From Azolla caroliniana (lineage: Eukaryota; Plantae; Polypodiophyta), in assembly GCA_043228905.1 (NCBI GenBank), contig JBHGNT010000009.1, forward strand, positions 3,472,001 through 3,536,000: a stretch of DNA of 64,000 nucleotides, written 5' to 3'. A program made the translations under genes and the position numbers. Shown here one piece after another: positions 21,301 to 32,918 of this stretch; the first letter of the stretch is position 1, and every line of letters begins with the position of its first letter. The notes beneath the pieces were generated by a model, which had not been told where the DNA came from, did not search any database, and was given only the letters and a program-made list of their open reading frames with translations.

Positions 21301-23364
21301 TGGAGCTTCTGAAGCAAAAGGTGGAGATGGGCATCCTCAAACCGTCGAGTGCCCCGTATTCGAATCGGTAGTTTACAGTGCCGAAGAAGAATGACACACT
21401 GTGCTTCATTCAGGACCTGCAACCGGTCAACAGGGTGACCATCTGTAATGCAGGAATCGGACCGACCATAGATGAGTTCGCGGAGGCCTTTGCTGGAAGG
21501 TCGATCTATTCGGTCGGTGACTTATACTCGGGGTACGACTAGTTCCAGCTAGCTGTGGAGAGTAGGGATATCACGACGATGCGAACTCGTCTAGTACGGA
21601 TGTGTACCCTACCTCAAGGCGGGACGAATTCGGTGGCGCACATGGTGAACTGCATCTCGGACATCACCATGCCATTCTTGGACGACATCCCGATAAAGGG
21701 GTGTTCGGTGGAAGATGCGGACGAGACTGTCGGGTCAGATGGATGCCGGAGGTTCATCGTGAACCACATCAACGACTGCGAGAAGGTGCTGCAGAAGCTC
21801 GAGAGCGCACGACTGACCTTCTCCGGAGAAAAATCGGCGTACGGGCAGTCGGAGATCTTGGTGGTCGGACACCTGTGCGGGCCTTACGGTAGGAAACCGT
21901 CTCCAGCAAAGGTAGAGGCCATCTCCGCGATGAGGAACGATTGTGGGTCGATCATGGAGGTCCACAGATTCTTTCGACCATGCACGTTCTACCACATCTG
22001 GATCCCGCACTACGCGCATGTCACGGAACCCATCTACGGACTATTGAAAAAAGGGCGTAGCTTTGAGTGGAGGACGGAGCACACGGAGTCGGTCCGGAGA
22101 CTAAAGGAGGCGCTTACGGTAGCGCCAGCTCTCCGTAAAGCGGTTTACGGTAAGGGGATCCACATCTACGTAACGGTGGACACGAGCCCGACCGGGATCA
22201 GGTGGTTGATCAACTAGGAGGACGAGGACGACGCACGGTTCCCGATCCGGTTCAGGGCGAAGGTATTGAGCGAGCGACAACGAGGATACGCCCAAGTCAA
22301 GCGCGAACTATGGGGTATCGTTTCGGCAGTCAAGGCCGACAGGGACTACCTGATTGGGACGGAGGTAATAATCGAGACAGACTGCCAAAACGATACTCAG
22401 CATGGTTTCCGGATGCGCGACGCTGGACCTAGCAATGCTTCGGTGGATAGCGTACATTAAGTCCCTGAACCCGGAGATACGACACATCTCCGGAAAGGAT
22501 AACGCCATGGACGACATGCTTTCGAGAGCAAGGTTCAACGACGAAGACGACATGGTTTCGGATGACGAAGAAGTCGGCGAGGACTTCTTCGGGTTGGCTA
22601 ATATGACGACGAGGAAAGGGGACACTCTGGCGCTTAACGAATTTGACGAAAGCAGGTACGATGGGGAGTGGCTCCAAATTGGGAGGTTCCTACGGGCGAT
22701 GACACCGGACGCAGCGTGGACGAGAGAAGAGGCGAGCCGGGTACGAAAGAAGGCGTACCGATTCTTCCTACGGGACGGGTGCATATGGAGGCACCCAAAG
22801 AAAGGAAACGACATCCCGCTCCGAGTAGTGGCAAAGAAAGAAGAACAGGAGGAACTACTGGCGGCATTTCACGAGAGCCCCTGGGCCGGGCATCGTGGGA
22901 CGTGGGCCACGTTCGAGAAGCTGAAGGAAAAGTACTAGTGGACGGGGTTGTACCAGGACGTGCATCGGTTAGTAACAACTTGCGAAAGCTATCAGATGCA
23001 CTCCGTAGTCTGACATCGGGACGAGCTACACCCGACTTACCCGTTGCGGTCCATTTCAAGTGGATGGTGGACTTGGTGACGATGCCGATGGGAGTAGGAT
23101 AGATGCAATACCTGGTGCTTGCGCGGGAAGACTTAACGAACCAGGTGGAATGCCATGCACTACAGAACAAGGCAACCGCGGCGGTATCCCGGTTCCTAAT
23201 CGAAGAGGTAGTGTGTCGGTATGGGTGCGTCGGGAGGATCGTGGCGGACCGGGGAGAGCTGGATGCGCGGGAAGTTGAGGAGCTGTTCGACCGGCTAGGG
23301 GTCAAACTCTCCCTCACTATTGCGTACAATCTGGAGGCGAACGGGAAGGTCGAACGTGGGCACG
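18377..23364 (+). mobile_element. Family C Gypsy element C2, degenerate: partial 5' LTR, gag-PR, RT, RNase H and truncated integrase
   Basis: LTR start TGTCGTGAAG at 18377, deleted into gag at about 18520; LVDHGSEIN, MPFLDDIPIKG, VDTSPTG, WAGHRG, VADRGE and NGKVERGH motifs; many stops. Confidence 0.9.
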
Positions 23365-23457
23365 CCGGCCTATTCCTAGTTACATACATCCTAGGATATA
23401 CACATAACGCCGGCCTATTCCTAGTTACGTACAATGTGTTGGGTTGAGTGCACACGC

Positions 23458-26400
23458 TGTCGTGGAGAAAACCGTCCCTAGGCGGAATCGGAGAATATCG
23501 AGAGAATCAGCGGTGTGCACCATGTGCACTCACCCTTGTATAAACGTGTGAATAGTAGGAGTCAACACAGGACAAAGAATCCCATGTAAGTCGGGATTTA
23601 TCCCACATTGTAACGCATCCCTCTCCTTATTCTATAAAAGGAAGGGAGCACCCTTTGTGAAGGGGTTGCCCATTTTGTGTTAGAGGGTATACCGTTAGAT
23701 TTAGGGTTAGTTCTTCTTCTTCTTCTTCCTCTTCTTCGCGGTGTCGGTTGACTGTTGAGGGCTGTTTTTGCTCGGTCTCCTGTGCAAGACCCCGCTCTGC
23801 GTGATGAGCCCGAGAGCTCCCCGGACGGCGGCTTGGCTGTAGACTACTGTTGTAACCTACCCTAGCTTGGTCCGGCTCGAAGTTGGGGTTGTATTCTTTC
23901 CCTTGTAATACATACATTTGCGTCTGTTTGTGTATATTCGTGTCTCTGTTGGTGTCAGGTGCTTCCCCTTTTCTGCGTTTCCTGTACATAAGGGCATGAG
24001 TCGGGTCGGCGTGCATATGTGTGTGTGTGAGTCGGTGTCAAGTGTGCGCTCCCTCTCTTAGGGTTTCCTGAGGCATACCACTTAGGTTGAGGGTTTCCTA
24101 TTCGGTTTTAGGGTTTCAGCTAGGGTTTTCTTCTTGGGTTTTCTTTTAGGGTTTTTCTCATAGTCGTTTGGTGCGGCCATGGCGGCCACCATTGTAAAGC
24201 GTTTATGTTTCCTTAAGCTAACTTGTTGAGCATGTTGCCCCGTCTATTCTATGTTAGTCTCTTATTCTTTCTCCTCTACTCCCTAGTCCTACAGAAATCC
24301 TCACACCGATCCGGCTGTCGGCCCGAGTGCCGACGTGAGTCCTATAGGAGAGGTAGTACTGTTTGCTCATCAGTATTGTTCTTCTCACTTCCCATCCGGA
24401 GGGACCTGTTTCCTAACAAACTCCCCCTTCACTCCGGCATGGGATGTCTTACTAGTCCGATTCTCTTCCGGCATGCATCCAGCTTGTCGGGTATCAGTAC
24501 TTTGGTCAGCATATCTGACCCGTTCTCGGCCGTGTGGATATTTGTCAGTGCGAACACCTGGTCATCTACTCTTTCCCGGATCCAGTGATACCTATGCTGG
24601 ATATGCTTCGTTGACTGTCGCAATAGAGCCTGTATTCATCTTGCTGGATACCGAGCTCTCCGATGAAGTCCTTCATCCATAATATTTCCTTGCCGGCTTC
24701 CACAACCGCCATGTACTCTGCCTCCGTGGTTGACAATGCAACCGTCTTCTGCAGCCTCGACTGCCACGAAACAGCTCCCCCTGCATATGTCATTACATAC
24801 CCGGATGTAGACCGGCTGGTATCCACATCAACCGACATGTCCGAATCGGTAAAACCGTCAAGTTGAGGTTTTTCGGAGCCGAATCGGAGACACATGTTCG
24901 AAGTGCCCTTCAAGAACCGGAGTATCCATTTGACCGCGTTCTAGTGCTCCTTGCCGGGATTGCTCATAAACCGGCTAACCACTCCGACTGCGTATCCTAT
25001 ATCCGGTCGGGTACACACCATTGCGTACATTAAGCTCCCGACGACAGAGGCATATGGAACCTTCATCATATTCGACTTCTTTGCTTTCGTCTTCGGACTT
25101 TGCTTACCGGATAACCTACAGTTTTCCGGAAGTGTCGATTCGGCCGGTTTCGCATCTGACATGTTGAACCGTTGAAGCACCTTTGTCACGTATTTCTCTT
25201 GTGATAGCCACAATTGCTTCGTTGGCCGGTTCCGGATGATATGCATCCCCAACATCTGTCTTGCCAGACCCAAGTCTTTCATTGCGAAGGTTCGGTTGAG
25301 AGCCTTCTTCAGCATCCGTATTTTGGCTTGGTCCCGTCCGACGATCAACATGCCGTCCACGTACAGAAGGAGTATTAGGAAGTCGCCTCCTTCGAACTTC
25401 TTCACAAACACGTAGTGATCGGCTTGCGTCTTGTGGTACCCTTGATCGGTCATGAAAGAGTCGAACTTCCGGTACCATTGTCGAGGAGCCTGCTTCAGTC
25501 TATACAAGCTCTTCTTCAACCGGCATACCAGGTGCTCCTTCCCCTTCTCCACAAATCCTTCCGGTTGCTGCATGTAGATCTCCTCTTCGAGGTCACCGTG
25601 AAGGAATGTTGTCTTCATGTCTAGCTTCTCTACCTCGAGGTCCATGCTTGCCGTTATACTAAGCACCATTCCGCGCCCTTCTTCTGCTGGAACCCCTTTA
25701 CCACGATCCTGGCTTTGTATCTCGGGGGGTTGCCGACATCTCCTGGTTTCAACTTGTACACCCACTTGTTTCGGAGTGCCCGCTTTCCTTTCGGCAACTC
25801 CACCAATTCGTACGTATGGTTCTCATGCAGGGAATCCATCTCATCCTGCATGGCACTTAACCATTTGCGGCTGTGGGTGTAATCCTTCGCCTCTACGAAG
25901 CTTTTTGGCTCCCCCTCATCGGTTAGCAGCACATGCTCTGCATCCGGAAATCTCCGGGGGGCCCTTCTCTCTCTAAGAGGATATCTCCGTCTTTGGGCTT
26001 CGGTAACTGGGCCCTCCATTCGCTCTTCATTCGAATCCGATTTTGGGTCTTGGCCGGTTCCGGTTTCAGCTTCCTCTATTTCTTCTTCTTCCGGTTCAGT
26101 ATCCTCACCGTAACCGGCTGTTTTCTCGAGTGCTAACCAGTCTCTTGCCGGTTGGGTCTGCTCCTCGTAGAATCGATCCTTACCGGTCGACTCGGAGTTC
26201 ATTATCTTCTTCTCCGACTCCCAGTCGGCGAGCGTCTTGTCCTCCATGAAGATGATATCTCGACTCCGGAATACCTTCTTGTCGACCAGGTCCCACACTC
26301 GGTAGCCGAACTCATCGTCGCCGTAACCGAGGAAAATGCATGGCCGGGTCTTTGGATTCAACTTTCCTTTCCGGTCCTTAGCAACATGCATGTACGCAAG

Positions 26401-28841
26401 ACACCCGAATACCTTCAGATGCCGGTAGGACACTTCGTTACCGGTCCAGACTCTCTGTGGCGTGTCTCCATCCAAGGGTACTGATGGTGATCTATTTATC
26501 ACATATGTCGCCATCGACAATGCCTCAGCCCAAAACTTCTTGGGTAGTTTTGCATGTGCCAGCATACTTCGGACCTTCCGTAGCTGGGTACTCTTCATCC
26601 GGTTCTCACCGGGTCTTCCGTAGCCGGGTACTCTACATCCGGTTCTCACCGGGTCTGCACCATCCGGCTCATGCCGGGTACTCCACATCCGGTTTAGTAC
26701 TGTTCTTCTCACTTCCCATCCGGAGGGACCTGTTTCCTAACAAGACCTAGGGAGAAGGCTGGCGGCGGCGGGAAACGGGACCCAACTACGCGGAAGACAC
26801 GAGGAGAGTCCGGGAGGGACTCAAACAAAGGACACCCGAATTTCGGCAAGCAAGGAAACGAAGACCGGTCCTATGGGACCCTCACACCGATCCGGAGACC
26901 TTGGCAGTTCGGCCAACATGGCAACGTGAGACCTAGGGAGAAGGACGGCGGCGGCAGGGAACGGGACCCGGCAACACGAGATAGCGGATCGGAAGTCGGT
27001 AAGACGGGGGTGGACGAAGTGCGAAACCCTTACCGGCCAGTCATGGTTTCGGAAGGAGCCGGTAGGGGCAAACACGGGAGGTGTGTCGGGTCGGAAAAGC
27101 ACACCTGGGGAGGAACAAGAGTCTCGCAAGTGGCCATCACGGGCTGGATCGAAGCGTGACTACGGGATGGTGTCCGGCACAGGCGGTGCTAAACAAAGGA
27201 AGCGGAAGACCGCACAAGGGAGGTGTCGGGAATGAGGCGACGGGTGCATAGTGGACTGAAGAGGGTCGGAGTCAGGGGATGACAAGAGAGGCCGGAGGAG
27301 GATCCTCCACACTCGCTTCGTAGATCTCGGCAGCTCAGACAGGGTAGAGAATGCTAACACAGCAAGCCCGGGATGACAAGCTGGTGGGGGCGAGGGGAAC
27401 AAAGACAAGCGGAAGACTCATGACCTGTTGCAACAGCACGAAACGGGAAGGTCCAAGCGGGCTACTACGGGGTGTTCCTCGGATGCGGAGGACACCGGTA
27501 TGCGGATGAGCGACGATGCACGATCTGGTCGGGAAAGGGGCCAACAAGGCGTGTAGTGAACCGGAGTACGGCATAGGCAATGCCAAACAACGGACGAGGG
27601 TAGGCGGCACATGGAGGTGCCAGAGCGGAAAGGCAAGCGCGAAGATGGGTTGTGTGGTTCGGAGGTAGCGCGTAGAAGGCCAGAGAAGGATCCTCCACAC
27701 CGTTTCGGAGACCATGGCGGTTCGAGCCGACGTGGCGACGTAAGACCATGGAGAAGGAAGGTGGCGGCGTGGGGACGAAGGCAACGCGAAACAACAAGGG
27801 CCAGCGGAAGTACACGTACTACGGAGATCGTGGCAAAGGACCCATCGACGGGACAAATGAGCCTACGGAGAGTCAAGCGGTACGAGGATGGACCGGTCTG
27901 AAGCAAATGACGATCTGAAGGACAAAGGACAAGCACGGACCTGTCTTCTCCGGAAAAAAGTTTATTTTGGCGCATGCCGGTGGATGCGCGGTTAGGTGGG
28001 GGCGGATGTCGTGGAGAAAACCGTCCCTAGGCGGAATCGGAGAATATTGAGAGAATCGGCGGTGTGCACCATGTGCACTCACCCTTGTATAAACGTGTGA
28101 ATCGTAGGAGTCAAGTCGGGACAAAGAATCCCATGTAAGTCGGGATTTATCCCACATTGTAACGCATCCCTCTCCTTGTTCTATAAAAGGAAGGGAGCGC
28201 CCTTTGTGAAGGGGTTGCCCATTTTGTGTTAGAGGGTATACCGTTAGATTTAGGGTTAGTTCTTCTTCTTCTTCTTCCTCTTCTTCGCGGTGTCGGTTGA
28301 CTGTTGAGAGCTATTTCTACTCGGTCTCCTGTGCAAGACCCCGCTCCGCGTGATGAGCCCGAGAGCTCCCCGGACGGCGGCTTGGCTGCAAACTACTGTT
28401 GTAACCTACCCTAGCTTGGTCCGGCTCGAAGCTGGGGTTGTATTCTTTCCCTTGTAATACATACATTTGCGTCTGTCTGTGTATATTCGTCTCTGTTGGT
28501 GTCGGGTGCTTCCCCTTTTCTGCGTTTCCTGTCGGTGTCAAGCGCGCGCTCCCTCTCTTAGGGTTTCCTGAGGCATACTACTTAGGTTGAGAGTTTCCTA
28601 TTCGGTTTTAGGGTTTCGGCTAGGGTTTTCTTCTTGGGTTTTCCTTTAGGGTTTTTCTCATAGTCGTTTGGTGCGGCCATGGCGGCCACCATTGTAAAGC
28701 GTTTATGTTTCCTTAAGCTAACTTGTTGAGCGTCTTGCCCCGTCTATTCTATGTTAGTGTCTTATTCTTTCTCCTCTACTCCCTAGTCCAAGACCCCCGT
28801 GGTCCCACCCCTTCCACATGCATGCGCTTAACAACGCGACA
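23458..28841 (+). mobile_element. E2: non-autonomous family C element inserted in the E3 3' LTR
   Basis: LTRs 23458 to about 24289 (3'-truncated) and 28007-28841; perfect TSD ACGC; PPT-like tract 27988-28006; GC-rich interior with no pol of its own. Confidence 0.88.
24343..26742 (-). mobile_element. Internally deleted Copia family A element (integrase C-terminal part, RT, RNase H, LTR stubs)
   Basis: Peptides nearly identical to the 39217 polyprotein; LTR stubs 24343-24418 and about 26578-26742; PPT at 24419-24429; probable TSD AGTCC/AGACC. Confidence 0.85.
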
Positions 28842-30756
28842 ACGCGTAAGTGATGTTTCACGCGCCGAATTCCTTGATTCCACCTAAGGCCGGTTTTCTC
28901 CATGACATCCACCCCCACCAAACCGCGCATTCTTCGGCATGCGCTAGAGAGGGACAAGTGCTGGAGAAACCCGACTTGTATTCACCCGCCGCTCTTCAAA
29001 ACTTCACCAGCTCCGAACTGGTTGTCGTCGAGGTCCTCACTTCCCGGGTCTGGCTTGTCTTGATGCCGCTTCTTGAAAGTCTTGATCCTCTTCCCGGCTA
29101 CCGGCACCGCTATCCGTGTCCCGTCGAGCTCCGCAAGGTGGTAAGTACCGTTGTCGTTTGCGCTCGTACGGTGTAGGGCCTGAAACACCTCCTCACTAAC
29201 TTCCTTGTAGCCTTGTGCTGATTGTTGAGACTGCTGTCATAAACCAGCACCTAGTCGCCATCCTCGATTTTTTCGGTTGTAGCTGGTGCATTTGGTCGAA
29301 CCGGGCCTTGTTCCCTGCCCTCGCCGCGTGCAGGTTCGCCTTAGCCCATTCCACGTCTTCCGGTCTTCGCTCGAGTTGTCGAATCTGCGCTGCCAACAGC
29401 TCCTCCCGGCTCATCTCGTCCTTCCAATCCACCGCAACCCAGGAAGAAATCGTTCGCTCCATCAACATGATGGGCTTCTACCCGTATATTAGTTCCACCG
29501 ACATGAACCCGGTCACCAAACTATGGGTAGTTCGGTCCGCCCATAGCGCATAAGGTAGGAGCCGCGACCAACTCCCAACTTGACTTTCGCACACGCGTAC
29601 TAATGCTTTCACGATCGGCCCGTGCCTACGCTGTACCTTCCCGTTAGCCTCCAGGTTGTACGCCGTAGTGAGGGAGAGCTTAACCCCTAATCGGTCGAAC
29701 AACTCTTCGGCTTCCTACGCATCCAGCTCTCCCTGGTCAACTACTATCTTTCCTACGCACCCGTACCGGCATACCACTTCTTCGATCAGGAACCGGCACA
29801 CGACCTCAGTCGTTTTGTTCTGTAGGGCACGACCCTCCACCTAATTCATCAAGTCCTCCCGCGCAAGCACCAGGTACTGCATCTGCCCTACACCCATCGG
29901 CATCGTCACTAAGTTTACCATCCGCTTGAAATGAACAGTCTGCGGGTAGGTTGGGTGCAGCTCATCTCGATGTCGGATCACGGAGTGCATCTGACAGTTT
30001 TCGCATGTTGTTACAAATCGATGCACATCCTGGTACAACCCTGGCCACCAATACTTCTCCTTCAGATTCTCCAACATGCCCCATGTCTTGCGATGTCCGG
30101 CCTAGGGACTCTCATGGTACGCCGCTAGCAACCCCTCTCGCTTTGCCTTTCCTGCCACTACGCAGAGTGGGACGCTGCCTCGCTTCTTTGGGTGCCTCCA
30201 TATGCTCCCGTTCTGCAGGAAGAAACGGTACGCCTTCTTTTGTATACGGCTAACCTCTTCCCTTGTCCATGCCGCGTCCGGCGCCATTGTTTTCAGGAAC
30301 CTGCCAATCTGGAACCACTCCCCATCGTACTCCCCCTTGTTGAAGTTGTTAAGCGTCGGAGTGCTCCCCACCCTTGTCGTCACGTAAGCCGACTCAAAGA
30401 AGTCTACGCCGACTTCTTCGTCTTCCGAAACCATGATGTCCTCGTTGTCGAATTGTGTTCTAGAAAGCATGTCGGCCATGGTGTTGACTTTACCAGAGAT
30501 GTGCCGTATCTCCGGGTTCAAAGACTTAATGTACGCAATCCACTTGAGCATTGCCAGGTCCGGCATCACGCATCCGGAAACCATACCAAGGATCGGTAGG
30601 CAGTTCGTCTTGATTATCACCTTCGTCCCGATCAAGTAGTCTTTATCGGCCTTGACTGCCGTAACGATAGCCTAGAGTTTGCGTTTAACTTGGCGTATGC
30701 TCGCTGTCGCTCACTCAGCACCTTCGCTCCGAACCGGATGGGCAACCTCGTGCCGG

Positions 30757-31384
30757 TGTCGTGAAGATTTCCGGCTATAGTGTGAAACCGGGGTGGAATG
30801 GGCAAGTTGGTGGTGTGCAACATGTGCACATGTATACTAGGAAATGGTGTATAGAAATAACAGGGGAAATTTTATTCCACATTGTAAGGTCCCTCCCTCC
30901 TTGGGCTATAAAAGGAAGGGAGGGTTCACTTATGAAGGGTTGCCCATTTTGAGTGGTAAGGGTATACCATTTTGTAGAGGGTCTTTCTTTTGTTAAGAGT
31001 TCCTAGGGTTAGTAACTTCTTGTTTTCTTTTCTTCTTCTTCTCCTTCTTGAGAAGTTGGGCGCCGCAACTATGGCGGCAAAGCTGTTAGGTTAACTTCTT
31101 TTCTTCTGAGCGTACCCCGGCTTGAAGCCGGGGTTGTATCTTTTCCCTTCGTAATATACATATAATCATATTTGTTTGTGCATATTGGTATATCTAATGG
31201 TGTCGGGAGCATAGCCCCTTCCGTTTCCTGTGCATAAGAGTCGGTGTTGCACGCATTCTCTCTCTTGTGTTCGGTTGCCTCGGGGTCGTGTCCGGAGTCG
31301 GTTTTCTTGGCATCCCTTTTTCCCTCGTTCGAGACCCCCTGTGGTCCCACCCCTTTCTACACACGCGCGCGTAATAATGCGACA
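30757..31384 (+). mobile_element. Family C solo LTR in the E3 RNase H region
   Basis: TGTCGTGAAG...ATGCGACA; perfect TSD CCGG (30753-30756, 31385-31388). Confidence 0.92.
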
Positions 31385-32918
31385 CCGGTTTTGTCCTCCT
31401 GGTTGACCACCCATCCTATGCCGGTCGGGCTCGTGTCTACCGTAATGTAGATTGGGACATACATGCCGTAAACCGCTTTTCAGAGTGCCGGTGCCGCGGT
31501 TAGCACCTCCTTCAGCCTACGAACCGACTCCGCATGCTCCTCACCCCACCTGAATTTTCGCCCCTTCTTTAGCAACCCATAGAGCGGCTCCACGACGTGT
31601 GCGTAATGCGGAATCCAGATATGGTAGAACGCACACACGCCTAGGAACCTCCGCACCTCCGTAACTGACTTGCATTCTTCCTTCATTGCGGAGATGGCTT
31701 CTACCTTTGCTGGGGACGGCTTCTGGCCGTAAGACCTACAAAAGTGCCCGACCACTAGGATCTTCGACTGCCCAAAAGCCGATTTATCTCTGGAGAAGGT
31801 GAGTCGCGCGTCCTCAAGTCTTTGGAGCACCTTCTCGCAGTCGCCAATGTGGTCCACTACGAATATTCGGCACGGTAAACCACCGATTTGAATATGGGGC
31901 ACTCGACGGCTCGAGGATACCCATCTCCGCCTTCTGCTTCAGCAACTCCATCAACCTCGGGATGTGAGCTATGGGTACCAGAATCGGGTTGAGATTCCAC
32001 GACACATGTAGTACCATGAAGATCACCATTGGTTCCACGATCGTTGGGTCTATGCACCCGATCTCCCCCGGCGCAGATGCGAAGGCCTTCCTGTGCCTTC
32101 TGAGCATTCTCTGAAACCTCTCCTCCTCCATCGGTAGTAGGAAGGCACCTCCACCGACCTTGAGCTCTCGTAGCGTTATGTCGGTGAACCGGTGTCCTAT
32201 GTCGGCCGGATTCCGCAAACTTGGGTCCCACGTGACCCCTTTCATTCATTCCTCGTTGCCCTCCGGCAAGGATGCCACGACTGGCCTCACCTTCCGGTCC
32301 ACAGTCTTGTACCTCGTATCCAAGCGGGCCATCCGATCCGACCCGACTCTTACACCGAAGTGGGCAATGACTTCGTACATCTCCACCGAGTTGACCGGAA
32401 TCACTCGGTCTTCACTGAGGCCTTCATCGATCACCTTTCCCATTTCCCCCAAGGTGTCGTCGAAAGAGACCACCTCCACGACGCCGCTAATTTCTTTGTC
32501 GGGGCGGAGGACTCCACACTCTCTGAAACGTTCCTTGGCCCTCTTCTTCTCCCGGCCATCGACGTCGGCTATGATACAACCTCCATTGTCAGAGACCCAA
32601 AACTTCCTACCTATAGTACACTTGTGGGGTTCTGCCGGAGTGTCTGGACTATCACGACCCCACGCCTTGATAGCGACAACCGAGGGTCTCACGATTACGC
32701 TCATGGTTCGGTTGCACTGTCAGAAATTGAATGGAGTGTCGCCCATCTTTGCTTTTCACACGTGCGTACGCCGAACCATTATCCAACACCTTTGTCTCCA
32801 TGCGTGCCGCCGTAATGTATGGTTCGCCGAGTATCACCGGGTGCTAGGATGTCTCCTGCACGAAGAAGTGTTGATCAATCTCGGCATCGTCGATTTTCAC
32901 ACGTACATTCGGACAGGC

